NCBI GenBank assembly: GCA_020696385.1
Contig: JAEHCQ010000001.1
Coordinates: 384,001 to 448,000, forward strand
DNA: 64,000 bases
Direction: 5' to 3'
Source: Methanobacteriota archaeon
Lineage (GTDB): Archaea; Thermoplasmatota; Thermoplasmata; SG8-5; JAGLSY01
Positions 27,973 to 37,947 of this stretch are shown piece after piece. Position 1 is the first letter of the stretch. Each line of letters starts with the position of its first letter. Position numbers and translations under genes: made by a program. The notes beneath the pieces are model-generated. The model was not told where the DNA came from. It was given only the letters and a program-made list of their open reading frames with translations, and made no database searches.

Positions 27973-28980
27973 TTATCCGAATAGGGCACCAAGTCCTGCT
28001 GCTGCATCCTCTTCGGTAGCCTCTTCTTCCTCGTCATCGTTTGGCTTCTTGTCATCCTCTGTAGTTGCTTCTGTAGCTGCGGGTGCGGCTACAGGGGTGG
28101 CAGATATCCTTGCTTTCAGATCGTCATCCAGTGCATCTGGCACTTGGGATGCCACTGCCATCATCTTGCCTGTTGCGATCGCAAGAAGCATCTCGATGGT
28201 ATCCTTATTAGCGACACCTGCATTGAGCGCGAGGCTCATTGCATCCATCTGGGCCTTGCTTATCAATGGCCTGATGGTAAGTGGTGTTGTGTAGGATATG
28301 AATGTTGCCAGATTGAAAGAGCTGGATATGACATAGTTCAGGTTGCCCATGAAGGCCTCTTCATCGATGTTCAATACATCTTTCCTGAAGATCGTGCCAT
28401 TCTCATAGACCGCGCCCATGTCCATTCCCACGGTCAATGGGAATATCTCCAACTTCGTGAGCATGGATGCCACGCTTGCTGGGATGGGTTCTCCCTCTTT
28501 GACAAGAACTTTCGTCTTCTTTATAACGACTTTCCCGCCCTCAATGGCTGCTGGTATTCCAGCTTTCTGGAAATCTCCGACTATTGGACCTGGTTTGAAT
28601 GGAGTATCTCCTGCTTTGAGCTCTATCTCATCTGGAGCTATCTCGCCGCCCTTTGCAGGGGCAGCTGTCTTTGTTGCTTCCAGACTTTTGTATAACTTGA
28701 ATGGGTTCATGTCAGTTGCTATTATCGCACACTGGCCATTGACCTCGTCTACCAGGCCTTCCAGGCCCTTCTTGTCCTTGGACATCTCCTTCAATGCCCT
28801 CTCGATAAGATTGTTCTTTGCAACGATAAGCTGTGCTTTCCCCTTGAGGTTCCTTCTCATCTTCTGGATCTGAGGACCAGGGATACCGTTCACCCTGACG
28901 ATACCTATCACTTCACTATCTTTAATAATTGAAGTCAGGTCATCGACATAGGCTTTCTTCCATTTCGCTGCTTGAGTCAT
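27973..28980 (-). CDS. rpl10: 50S ribosomal protein uL10 (P0)
   Basis: [31 protein letters not shown]-terminus. Confidence 0.97.
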   Translation of the reverse strand: MTQAAKWKKAYVDDLTSIIKDSEVIGIVRVNGIPGPQIQKMRRNLKGKAQLIVAKNNLIERALKEMSKDKKGLEGLVDEVNGQCAIIATDMNPFKLYKSLEATKTAAPAKGGEIAPDEIELKAGDTPFKPGPIVGDFQKAGIPAAIEGGKVVIKKTKVLVKEGEPIPASVASMLTKLEIFPLTVGMDMGAVYENGTIFRKDVLNIDEEAFMGNLNYVISSSFNLATFISYTTPLTIRPLISKAQMDAMSLALNAGVANKDTIEMLLAIATGKMMAVASQVPDALDDDLKARISATPVAAPAATEATTEDDKKPNDDEEEEATEEDAAAGLGALFG

Positions 28981-29615
28981 TACATCAACCTCACTGATGG
29001 ACCCATAGTGGTCTTGACGTAGACGGATGATATGTTCTGATCACCGCGCTCTAACTTGGATTTCAATCTTGTGATGACAGCGTCTATGTTCTCGGCGATA
29101 TCTTCCGGGCTCATGTCCTTGGTTCCGACCATCGTATGGAAGGTCTTGCTCTCTTTTGATCTTATTTTGACGGTCTTCCTCAGACCAGTTATTAGCACTG
29201 TTGGATCCATGCCCGGTGGTACTGGCTTAGGCATCTTTCCACGAGGACCCAGGAAAATACCCAATCTCTTACCAATTGTGGGCATAAGTGGAGCCTCTGC
29301 AATGAAGAACGCATGCTTGTTAGCCAATTTCCTGGCCTTCCTCTTCTCATCAGCATACTCTTCGATCTCTTCGGGTGTGATGACCATATCGGCAACTCCC
29401 TTTGCCTTTACTGCAAGTTCACCACTAGCGAAAACCGCAATTTTCATGTCCTTGCCCCTTCCTTTTGGAAGTTGGATCTCTTCTTCAATCCTGTTCTTAG
29501 GTACCTTCAGGTCGATATCTTTCAAATTAATAGCCAGCTCTACTGACTCTATGAATTTACGCTCCTGAGCATCTTCGATCGCCTTCTTCAAGGCTGCCAT
29601 CATGTTTGGGTCCAT
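28980..29615 (-). CDS. rpl1: 50S ribosomal protein uL1
   Basis: RKFIESVELAINLKDID, LGPRGKMP, VKTTMGP. Confidence 0.97.
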   Translation of the reverse strand: MDPNMMAALKKAIEDAQERKFIESVELAINLKDIDLKVPKNRIEEEIQLPKGRGKDMKIAVFASGELAVKAKGVADMVITPEEIEEYADEKRKARKLANKHAFFIAEAPLMPTIGKRLGIFLGPRGKMPKPVPPGMDPTVLITGLRKTVKIRSKESKTFHTMVGTKDMSPEDIAENIDAVITRLKSKLERGDQNISSVYVKTTMGPSVRLM

Positions 29616-29627
29616 TGGATATTCCTC

Positions 29628-29661
29628 CTGTAGTTAGTCGGGGGATTAGCCCCTCCTACAG
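29628..29661 (-). promoter_or_regulatory. Putative uL1-binding autoregulatory leader
   Basis: CUGUA-GGAG-GGG-CUAAU-CCC-CCGACUAAC-UACAG helix/internal-loop/helix; its 3' arm runs into the AGGAGG RBS of rpl1. Confidence 0.65.
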
Positions 29662-29800
29662 TATCACATAACTTAACTGTGGAGACCGAGTAAACAAAGA
29701 GGTGTTTATAAGCGTTTTGGTAAATATGGTGGTAAAGAAGACATACATAACTCTTATCAACTAAACAACTAAAGATTGTGATCAAAAGATCGGGCTCTCA

Positions 29801-30076
29801 TTAAGGTTCCAGCCACTTACCAAGCTCGCCGTATTCCTGAATGACCCTTACTATTCCCAGGACTTCCAATAATATGAAAAGTATCAGCATCAGAACAGGA
29901 TAAAGTGAATAATCTCCCTTTATAATAATAAATGATATCAATATACCAAAGAATATGAGAGAAGCCACACTGGCCGCTCTTCCCTTCTTATTGGGTATTA
30001 TTTTTGGAGCATCTGAAGGAGCATTTTCCGATGTCTCTATTGATATTTCTGGATCATTGGCTTCAATTGCTTCCAT
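29801..30076 (-). CDS. Small 2-TM membrane protein
   Basis: Starts 1 nt after the methyltransferase stop with a GGAG RBS; two hydrophobic helices. Confidence 0.6.
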   Translation of the reverse strand: MEAIEANDPEISIETSENAPSDAPKIIPNKKGRAASVASLIFFGILISFIIIKGDYSLYPVLMLILFILLEVLGIVRVIQEYGELGKWLEP

Positions 30077-30077
30077 T

Positions 30078-30812
30078 CTATTTCTCCTTCTCGATTATCG
30101 CTATGTATTGATGTTCATTGTCCAGATACTGGCTCACTTTCCACCCCGTGCCTTCGAGGATCATCTCCATCTCACCCTTGGACACTATAAGATAATCAAA
30201 CCACGGGGTCTTGTATTTTTTGTATCTGGCTCTTATTCTGACCTGGCCTCCCAAGCGGCCAAGTTTTTTATTTCTTTTGTGATACCATAGATGTTCGGGC
30301 TTCTCAGTGGAATAAACATCCATGGATTCTGTGATGATCCTGGCATCTGCCGAGGTCATTGAATGAAAACGCTTGAGCAACCATCTGGCTCGCTTCATAC
30401 TGCTGAATAATCCAAAATTATTGCCCAGCATGAGGATGGTGTCGAACTTGCCCAATTTGGAAGATATCTGGGTGATATCCATGAGCTTTGTCTTCTTCAA
30501 TCCTCTTTCCTTGCAGGCCTTCAATGCCAGAGCTGAATTATCCACCCCGAGAACATCCAGGCCTTTATTTTGCAGATAGATCGAATGGCGGCCGGCACCA
30601 CAACCTATGTCCATGATGCGACCCTTGGCAAGCTTCATGGCCTTCTTTTCATGCGAAGGCCAGTCCTTGTATTCTGTCAGATAACTGTGAGCTCCCAGCA
30701 TCACATCCACATACCCATCATCCCTTTCGATGACATGGTCAGTCTCCAGACCTTTGTGATTATCGTAGATCACATGCCCGAATGCGTCATCATTATCCTT
30801 CCAGCCAGTCAT
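30078..30812 (-). CDS. Class I SAM-dependent methyltransferase
   Basis: IMDIGCGAGRHS, VLGVDNS, FDTILMLGNNFG. Confidence 0.88.
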   Translation of the reverse strand: MTGWKDNDDAFGHVIYDNHKGLETDHVIERDDGYVDVMLGAHSYLTEYKDWPSHEKKAMKLAKGRIMDIGCGAGRHSIYLQNKGLDVLGVDNSALALKACKERGLKKTKLMDITQISSKLGKFDTILMLGNNFGLFSSMKRARWLLKRFHSMTSADARIITESMDVYSTEKPEHLWYHKRNKKLGRLGGQVRIRARYKKYKTPWFDYLIVSKGEMEMILEGTGWKVSQYLDNEHQYIAIIEKEK

Positions 30813-30818
30813 ATTCCA

Positions 30819-32585
30819 TCACTCCAGTTTCTTCAATTGTAAATTGTAAAGGGACACCATTTCCTCGGTAGTGGTCGCATCCTCCGGCCCCTTGTCCTCG
30901 CGAAGGCCGATGAACCTGGGAAATCTTATGGCCAGCCCATTTCCCTTTCTTATCTCGTCAAGGCCGCAGGTGTGGATCGGTGAAAGGGTTATTTCAGCTC
31001 CTTTCACTTCCATCACGACCACTGGCTCGAACCAATAATCGGGTATCATCTTGGATTTAACGCGTATTGGCATCTTCTTCACTTTGTGCTCATCCAGCAT
31101 ACTGGAGAAGGAGGCCAGCATCTCGTCATTGAAGCCGCTTCCCAGCTTGGTCACGGACTCGAATGTGTCGGTCTCATGGTTGTAGGTGGCCATCAAAAGC
31201 GCGCCGTATGTGCCGGCGCGGCGACCCTTGCCAGCAAATCCACCAATGATAGCCAGGTCCACGGTATCATTCAATTCCGATTTGTAATCGCGCTTGAATT
31301 TCACCCACTGCCAGCCGCGGGAGCCAGCACGATAGAATGATTCCTCGCCGATCGACTTGGCAATTATCCCTTCACAACCATCGTCAAGAGATCTCTGGAA
31401 AAATGATTCTGCCTCGTCTGGATCGTCGGTGATCAGGGAATTGGAAATTAATACATTGTCCGAGGTCTTGATACAGCTGGCCAGCCTCTCCCTACGATTG
31501 GGATAGGGTATGTTCACAAGCTCTCTTCCATCGAGAAAAAGGCAATCGAAAAAGAACACGGCCACTGGATAATCCTTGATGGCGGAATCCAGTTCGGTCT
31601 TGCGACCTCGACGGTGGCTGACTTCCTGAAAGGGCAGCATCTCGCCAGTATTGATGTCCACTGGCACACATTCTCCATCCAGAATACACTCCTTCCCCGC
31701 GAATGCTCCCCGCATGGATTCGACCACATCCGGAAATTGGGCTGTGACATTCTCCAGCTGTCTGGTATACAGCTGGATATTCTGACCTTCATCCGCCTGC
31801 CAGATATGCGCCTGCACCCTCAATCCATCATACTTGTATTCAAAGGAACATTTGCCCAATTTTTCTATTATTTCAGGTATGCCAGGCAGTCTTTCACAAA
31901 GCATAGCTCTGAGTGGGGTTCCGGCCTCCAACTCTATGAGGTCCAGTCCATCGATTCCGTCCGCAGCCAGTGTATTGGCCACCTTTCCAAGATCGGAGCA
32001 AATATTGTAAGCATTCTCCACCTTGCCCTTGTCCTCCTTCTGCCCAAAGGTCTGAGCCAGAGCATCGACGATTGTCATGTCCGCGATACCGAGTCGCATC
32101 TTGCCACTAGCTAATCTTCCCAAGTATTGAATTTCATTTTTAGTAGATGAATTGTGGAATAATAATGCTAATAATTTTATTTTGTATTCTTGTGAACCTG
32201 ACCCTGAAGCCTTAGCAATGTTCATCATAGTTTCGAATATAAAATTTACGCTTAATTGTTCTTGAAATAGGGAAGTTTGCTTTTTTGTTTCCATAGCTTT
32301 CAAAGCAACCTTGCCAGTATCCCCTCCACTAATCCACCAACTTTCTATTAATTTCTTATCTACACGAAAGGCTTCGTATAGTGCTTCATGAACCAAGGTG
32401 TGAGAAAGTCCAAGTTCTATTCCTGTGAAATCTGGTGCAAGCTTACCCTGGGTGAGATAGATGACCTTATCGAGTATGTTCGGGGGAGTGATCTTGAACA
32501 GCTCCACCAGTATCTCGGTCATCTCCAATCTTTTGCGAGTGGCCTCGATTCTTGAATAGGCCTTGGCGATCACGGAATAATCCAT
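30819..32585 (-). CDS. lig: ATP-dependent DNA ligase
   Basis: EYKYDGLR, ILDGE, EGIIAK, WVKFKRDY, IRFPRF. Confidence 0.97.
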   Translation of the reverse strand: MDYSVIAKAYSRIEATRKRLEMTEILVELFKITPPNILDKVIYLTQGKLAPDFTGIELGLSHTLVHEALYEAFRVDKKLIESWWISGGDTGKVALKAMETKKQTSLFQEQLSVNFIFETMMNIAKASGSGSQEYKIKLLALLFHNSSTKNEIQYLGRLASGKMRLGIADMTIVDALAQTFGQKEDKGKVENAYNICSDLGKVANTLAADGIDGLDLIELEAGTPLRAMLCERLPGIPEIIEKLGKCSFEYKYDGLRVQAHIWQADEGQNIQLYTRQLENVTAQFPDVVESMRGAFAGKECILDGECVPVDINTGEMLPFQEVSHRRGRKTELDSAIKDYPVAVFFFDCLFLDGRELVNIPYPNRRERLASCIKTSDNVLISNSLITDDPDEAESFFQRSLDDGCEGIIAKSIGEESFYRAGSRGWQWVKFKRDYKSELNDTVDLAIIGGFAGKGRRAGTYGALLMATYNHETDTFESVTKLGSGFNDEMLASFSSMLDEHKVKKMPIRVKSKMIPDYWFEPVVVMEVKGAEITLSPIHTCGLDEIRKGNGLAIRFPRFIGLREDKGPEDATTTEEMVSLYNLQLKKLE

Positions 32586-32710
32586 TGGGCTGGGAATGGT
32601 TTTAGGTCTTTAATAAATTTGGTTCGATCGTATCTATAAATGAACTATATATGATTAAATGATAAGATATAGCAATTAATTTATTAATAAGATAAACATC
32701 AGGGGAATTT

Positions 32711-33274
32711 ATGGATGATACTAACAAAACATTGGTAGCGATAGTCGCCATCGCCGTAATAGTTGCTTTGGTTGTGGCAGGATTCTGGGCGATATCCACC
32801 AATAATAAGATAGTGGAAGAGGAAGAGGCCATAGACAGCAACTGGGCTCAGGTGAGTAATCAATATCAGCGAAAGGTCGATCTGATACCCGAGCTTGTCA
32901 CTATAGTTTCAAATTATCAGGAATTCGAGTCCAGTACCCTTAGCAATATCACCGCATTGCGTTCACAATGGATGGATGCCGATACTACAGAAGAGCAGGT
33001 CAATGCATCCAATGCACTGGATCAGGAATTGATGTCCATAGTCCTGACCTTTGAAGCATATCCATACCTTCAATCAGTATTCGTTGTCAGTGATCTGATG
33101 GTTTCGCTGGAGAGTACTGAGGATATGATCATGGTCGCGCGTATGAGATACAATGAGGCTGTCCAGGATTATAATACCCATATCAAAAAATTCCCTGCGA
33201 ACATGATAGCCGAGATGGGAGACTACGAAGAGCGTTCGTACTACTCCAGTACTGCTGGGCCTGAAGCACCATAA
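32711..33274 (+). CDS. lemA: LemA family protein
   Basis: N-terminal TM, WAQV.NQYQRK.DLIP, EAYP.L, ARMRYNEAV..YN...FP. Confidence 0.9.
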   Translation: MDDTNKTLVAIVAIAVIVALVVAGFWAISTNNKIVEEEEAIDSNWAQVSNQYQRKVDLIPELVTIVSNYQEFESSTLSNITALRSQWMDADTTEEQVNASNALDQELMSIVLTFEAYPYLQSVFVVSDLMVSLESTEDMIMVARMRYNEAVQDYNTHIKKFPANMIAEMGDYEERSYYSSTAGPEAP

Positions 33275-33288
33275 TAGAGCGGCTGGCT

Positions 33289-33981
33289 ATGAGATCGCAC
33301 TGGACTTTGGGTGTTTTAATAGCTTTATCACTTCTAGTTCCAGCTGTGTCTGGGTATCCTCAATTGGATTACTATGTCACGGATGATGTCGGAGTTCTTC
33401 TGCTCGATGAGATAAACCTCATCGAGCAGGTGTGTTCCGATATGTATTACGAGACCGGGGTGGAGATGGCCATCCTCATCGTGAATGATACGGGAGATGA
33501 TGATATCACCCTTTTCGCGGTAAAAACATTCGAAGAGAATGGCATAGGTCAAGAAGGCGAAGATAATGGCCTTCTTTTCATCATTGTCACGGGTACTGAT
33601 GAATGGCGTATAGAGGTCGGTTATGGTCTGCAAGGCACCTTGCCAGCTATTTTGGTCCATCATATCGCGGAAGACAATCTGGAACCCGCAATGGCACAGG
33701 GCGATTATTTCACCGGTATAGGCAGCACGGTGGCCGAGCTGGCTGATGAGATATTGGAGAATTATGATGGGGAGCCCGTGGAAAAAACAAGTCCTTATCC
33801 GATAAGCTGGCTGCCATTAACATGGTTTCAATTGATCATGATATGGATAGTCATCGTGATAATGATACTGACAAAAGGCCAGGTCATTCTCTGGATACTG
33901 CCCTTTTTAGGAGGCGGTAGCGGGGGAAAGAAATGGGGTGGCGGACGATCTGGTGGTGGAGGATCCAGAGGCAAGCTCTGA
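33289..33981 (+). CDS. TPM-domain membrane protein
   Basis: YVTDDVGVL, GIGQ..EDNGLL, RIEVGYGL, TM helices, GGGRSGGGGS tail; typical lemA partner. Confidence 0.9.
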   Translation: MRSHWTLGVLIALSLLVPAVSGYPQLDYYVTDDVGVLLLDEINLIEQVCSDMYYETGVEMAILIVNDTGDDDITLFAVKTFEENGIGQEGEDNGLLFIIVTGTDEWRIEVGYGLQGTLPAILVHHIAEDNLEPAMAQGDYFTGIGSTVAELADEILENYDGEPVEKTSPYPISWLPLTWFQLIMIWIVIVIMILTKGQVILWILPFLGGGSGGKKWGGGRSGGGGSRGKL

Positions 33982-33996
33982 CCTTTATCATTCGAA

Positions 33997-34146
33997 CTAA
34001 CTATAATTGCCGCGGCTGAACCCAAGTATGGATTCGCATATCGGGCAGGAATACATTATCTCCTGTTTGAAGAAGCCAGCACCCTTGATATCTCTTATCA
34101 CGCTATCGATAGATACCTGATTCTTACAGTGTGGACATTTTGCCAT
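33997..34146 (-). CDS. 49-aa zinc-finger microprotein
   Basis: MAKCPHC...YSCPICESILG; TATA-like box about 25 nt upstream (leaderless). Confidence 0.75.
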   Translation of the reverse strand: MAKCPHCKNQVSIDSVIRDIKGAGFFKQEIMYSCPICESILGFSRGNYS

Positions 34147-34260
34147 ATTATAGAGTATGTTATCAATATTATATAACATGAATTTGGGCTTTCCCTGGGA
34201 AATCCCGCACTGGACTTATAAGCCTATTTTTACATTATTATTGATAGGAGGCGAAAAACT

Positions 34261-34356
34261 ATGAACTGCGTAACCTGCAAGGTTTGGGTCAAGATGGCAC
34301 GCGATGCCGCTCAGCGAGTGTGCACGACTTGCCAGCAAGTCAGCAATCCGGTGTGA
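34261..34356 (+). CDS. 31-aa CxxC/CxxC microprotein (MNCVTCKVWVKMARDAAQRVCTTCQQVSNPV)
   Basis: Below the ORF-track cutoff; GGAGG RBS, CTTATAAG box near 34216, two CxxC pairs. Confidence 0.6.
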   Translation: MNCVTCKVWVKMARDAAQRVCTTCQQVSNPV

Positions 34357-34527
34357 CTACAGGGAAATTATGCAGTTGGTGGTCTATCTTACTGATACTA
34401 ACAAAAACCAAAAAAAAGGGAACGGGGAAGAAAAAGTAAGACCTCCTACCTGCATCTCCTCTATAATCATAAAATGGCCAGTCAGCCCAATACTGGCCCA
34501 ACTTTTATTTATTTAATTTAATTTTCA

Positions 34528-35406
34528 TTAATTGGATCTTGCTTTGGCCTTTCTTATCTTCTTGGACATTTCCGCTTTCTTGGAATATCTGGCCAGCATA
34601 TAAATGAGTATAATTCCGAGGATCGCGGGCATCAGGATGCTTGTGGCCAAATTGGCATCCGTATCGATATTGTCATAAGGTAATCTGAGGGCTCCGAGCA
34701 TCAGGCCAGTTAGAAAAGAAATGGTCTGATACTTCCATTTTTTAATCACTATATTGAGGACCTTGGAGAAGGCCAGCAGGCCGATGATAGCTCCCAATAG
34801 GAAGGCGAATATATCCTCCAGGACCAGAGTCTTGAGAGAGTGTAGCATGTACTCATACTGGTTTAAGAAAAGCAGTATCAGAGCTCCAGAGATTCCAGGC
34901 AATATCATGGCGCAGATCGCCACTATGCCAGATATGAAAATTATATGCAATTCATGACCCATGGTCAGGGAGGTCATACCGACAAAAAGATAGGCGAAGA
35001 AACCTCCGATTATCATCAGGAAAATATTGACTGCCGTTTTCTGCCTTATGTCCATGAAGAGCATGACCGCGGAGGCCAGGATTATCGCGAAGAAGAATGC
35101 GTATATTTCAGTGGTATGGTGTTCCAGAAGATAGCCCATGATATTGGACATCAGAAGAAAAGCAAGAAAGATCCCGGCAGCCAGCGGTATGAAGAATTCC
35201 AAATCAAGTTTCTTGTTCTTTGTAACATCCTTTCTCTTGATGGTGTTGATAAGTGTCTCTTTATTCACCTGGCTGATTCCTCGAACCAGCCTTTCGTAGA
35301 TGCCAGTTATTAGGGCGACAGTGCCGCCGGACACACCTGGAACTATGTCCGCCATGCCCATGGCCATGCCCTTGAAGAAAATGGAGCCAGATTGTTTTGG
35401 TTTCAT
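34528..35406 (-). CDS. DUF368 family membrane protein (polyprenyl-phosphate translocase family)
   Basis: KGMAMGMADIVPGVSGGTVALITGIYE and AMILPGISG. Confidence 0.9.
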   Translation of the reverse strand: MKPKQSGSIFFKGMAMGMADIVPGVSGGTVALITGIYERLVRGISQVNKETLINTIKRKDVTKNKKLDLEFFIPLAAGIFLAFLLMSNIMGYLLEHHTTEIYAFFFAIILASAVMLFMDIRQKTAVNIFLMIIGGFFAYLFVGMTSLTMGHELHIIFISGIVAICAMILPGISGALILLFLNQYEYMLHSLKTLVLEDIFAFLLGAIIGLLAFSKVLNIVIKKWKYQTISFLTGLMLGALRLPYDNIDTDANLATSILMPAILGIILIYMLARYSKKAEMSKKIRKAKARSN

Positions 35407-35488
35407 ACTACACCTACTGTGGGTATATGTATCAATATTTAATAATGGTGGGTCTCGGAAAGGTGGATATGCTCTGATGGTAAAATGC

Positions 35489-37258
35489 TCAACCAGAATA
35501 ATAGTACTCGCCAGCACTCTTTTGTTCGCGATCCAGTCTACTGCCATCCTTGTTAATTCTTGGGCGGTTGGTGTCCGTGTCCCGCCTGAAAGTGATATTC
35601 ACATCTTTCAGGAACTGGTTCATTCCCACTCTCATTCCAAAGGGGCCAGCTCCATGACCTTTAACAGATGGCTCACCATCGAATACCATGATGGAATCTG
35701 CCACCATGTCGATGAAATAAACATCGTGGTCGACGATCATGCCAGACTTGCCGGATTTCTCCATCACACGACGGATGGTCCGGGCGGCCTCCATTCTCTG
35801 ATTCGAATCAAGGTAAGCGGATGGTTCATCAATAAGGTAGATATCGGCCTCGCGGCCAAGGGCGAGGGCGATGGCAACTCGCTGCAATTCTCCACCGGAA
35901 ATCGAATCCACCATCCGGTCCATTAATGGCTCGAGGTTCAGGGGGGCTGCCACCTCTGCTTTGAAGAAGCCGGACTCCATCGCTTTGCCTATCTGGCTTA
36001 AAAGAAGAATACGAACTGATCCGTCAAAGTCCGGCTCGATGTATTGCGGTTTGTAGGAAACCTTAACCTCAGTTTCCACTGCGCCAGAATCGGGCTGAAT
36101 CTCATTGGCTAACATCTTGACAAAAGTGGTCTTCCCGGTTGCATTTGAACCGACAATTCCGACCACTTCTCCGGCCTTTATAGTGCCGGGCTCTGTCTCC
36201 ATCTCAAAGGACTCGAATTTCTTTTTCAGGCTGTCAAATGTTACAAGATCCGGGGCTGTCCAGTCTTCCCTCGGGGCCTTTGTCTCGAACTTTATCGCCT
36301 TTGTGCGCACACGGATATTCTCTTCCTTAAGATATCCGTCCAGGTAGGTGTTGATAGCACTTCGCACTGTTCGCGGGTGTGCGACCACACCGAAAGTCCC
36401 TTCCATCCCGTACATGAGATAGACATTGTCGGCTAAGAAATCAAGAACCGCGAGATCATGCTCGATGACCATAACTTGGCTTTTCTTGGCCAGTGTCTGG
36501 ATGGCCTTGGCGACATTAAGTCTTTGATAAATGTCAAGATAAGATGATGGCTCGTCGAAGAAATATATATCCGCGTCCTTGAGGAAGGTCGCGGCTATGG
36601 CCACTCTCTGAAGTTCTCCACCAGATAGTTTTCCCAATTCACGATCCATGCAGTGCTCGATGAATAATTCTTGACTTACTTCATCAAGTCGGCCGCTATC
36701 ATCCACTTTTTTGAGCAATTCACTGACCTTGCCAGTGTGCACCTTGGGAAGCATGTCCACATACTGCGGTTTCATAGCAGTTCTTATGTCACCCTGGGAA
36801 ACTTTTTGAAGATAATTGACCATCTCGGTTCCTGCATATTTATCCAGGACGTGATCCCATGTAGCTTCTTCCTCCAGGTTCCCCATATTCGGAATTTCCT
36901 CTCCGGATAATATGCGGATGGCCGTGGTTTTCCCGATACCGTTTGGTCCAAGAATTCCAATGACATCCCCTTCTCTGGGTACTGGTAATCTGTAAAGCTG
37001 GAAACCATTGACACCATATTGCTGGACAAGCTCTCCTTCCAACTCTTTTGGAAGACCGATTATCCTAATGGCATCGAAGGGACATTTATTGATGCATATT
37101 CCGCAGCCCACGCATAGCTCTTCGGAGATAATCGGCTTGGTGTCTGGACCCACAACTATGGTCTCGTCACCACTACGGACTCGAGGGCAGAATTTGATAC
37201 ACTCAATATTACATCGCTTTGGTTGGCACCTATCTTTTAGCAGAACTGCTATGCGCAT
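35489..37258 (-). CDS. rli1: Ribosome recycling factor ABCE1/Rli1
   Basis: Fe-S domain (CQPKRC..EC..FCP; CVGCGIC..KCP), two ABC domains, C-terminal GEYYY. Confidence 0.97.
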   Translation of the reverse strand: MRIAVLLKDRCQPKRCNIECIKFCPRVRSGDETIVVGPDTKPIISEELCVGCGICINKCPFDAIRIIGLPKELEGELVQQYGVNGFQLYRLPVPREGDVIGILGPNGIGKTTAIRILSGEEIPNMGNLEEEATWDHVLDKYAGTEMVNYLQKVSQGDIRTAMKPQYVDMLPKVHTGKVSELLKKVDDSGRLDEVSQELFIEHCMDRELGKLSGGELQRVAIAATFLKDADIYFFDEPSSYLDIYQRLNVAKAIQTLAKKSQVMVIEHDLAVLDFLADNVYLMYGMEGTFGVVAHPRTVRSAINTYLDGYLKEENIRVRTKAIKFETKAPREDWTAPDLVTFDSLKKKFESFEMETEPGTIKAGEVVGIVGSNATGKTTFVKMLANEIQPDSGAVETEVKVSYKPQYIEPDFDGSVRILLLSQIGKAMESGFFKAEVAAPLNLEPLMDRMVDSISGGELQRVAIALALGREADIYLIDEPSAYLDSNQRMEAARTIRRVMEKSGKSGMIVDHDVYFIDMVADSIMVFDGEPSVKGHGAGPFGMRVGMNQFLKDVNITFRRDTDTNRPRINKDGSRLDREQKSAGEYYYSG

Positions 37259-37406
37259 GAGATGTTGTATTAACAAGTTAGATTTAAATTAATTGGATAG
37301 TTTCTATCATTTTTTGTAATTTACAATAATTTATAATGTAGATAAATTCAGCAATAAAGGTTATACATAGGTTCACCATTTTAGTAGAATAATAGGGGAC
37401 TAAAAC

Positions 37407-37889
37407 ATGGCAGAAAGTAAATTAGATATCATACAGGCAATTGAAATAGCGATGCAGGAAGAGCTGGCTGCAGCTGGTTTTTATCACATGGCGATGAAGA
37501 AAGTTAAGGATGGAAGAGCTATCAAAATGCTGGAACAACTTATCATGTTCGAGCAGCACCATTATGAGAAGCTTATTGATCTTAAGATCTCGCTGGAAGC
37601 CGATGGGAAGTTCATAGCCTATGAAGGGATTGAATTCGTTCTACCACCCAGCACGGTGGAGGCTGCGGGTCGCATCGAAGAGAATAAAGGCGATATTCTG
37701 AATATTCTCAGCATTGCCATTAAGACCGAGGCGAATGCTAAGGAGAAATATCTTGAACTGGCAGAAAAGACCGAGATCCCGGAAGGTAAGGCGATGTTCA
37801 CCAAGCTTGCGCAGGAAGAAGAGATGCATTGGAGAATTCTAAGCGACGAGCATTATCACATCACGAATGATGGTATGTGGGGAATCTGA
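37407..37889 (+). CDS. Ferritin-like/rubrerythrin-family diiron protein
   Basis: Duplicated E..A..FY / E..H motifs (EQHH, EEMH). Confidence 0.85.
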   Translation: MAESKLDIIQAIEIAMQEELAAAGFYHMAMKKVKDGRAIKMLEQLIMFEQHHYEKLIDLKISLEADGKFIAYEGIEFVLPPSTVEAAGRIEENKGDILNILSIAIKTEANAKEKYLELAEKTEIPEGKAMFTKLAQEEEMHWRILSDEHYHITNDGMWGI

Positions 37890-37918
37890 ACTACCAGGTT
37901 TTTATCCTGGTAGTTCAG
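37886..37918. terminator. 13-bp perfect inverted repeat between convergent genes
   Basis: ctgaactaccagg-N7-cctggtagttcag. Confidence 0.7.
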
Positions 37919-37947
37919 TAGATTATTATTATTCAATTAGCTTTAGC

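Noticed and set aside
27973-28030. Repeat shared by the rpl10 and rpl12 3' ends
   Set aside because: Known conserved stalk C-terminal peptide, not novel.
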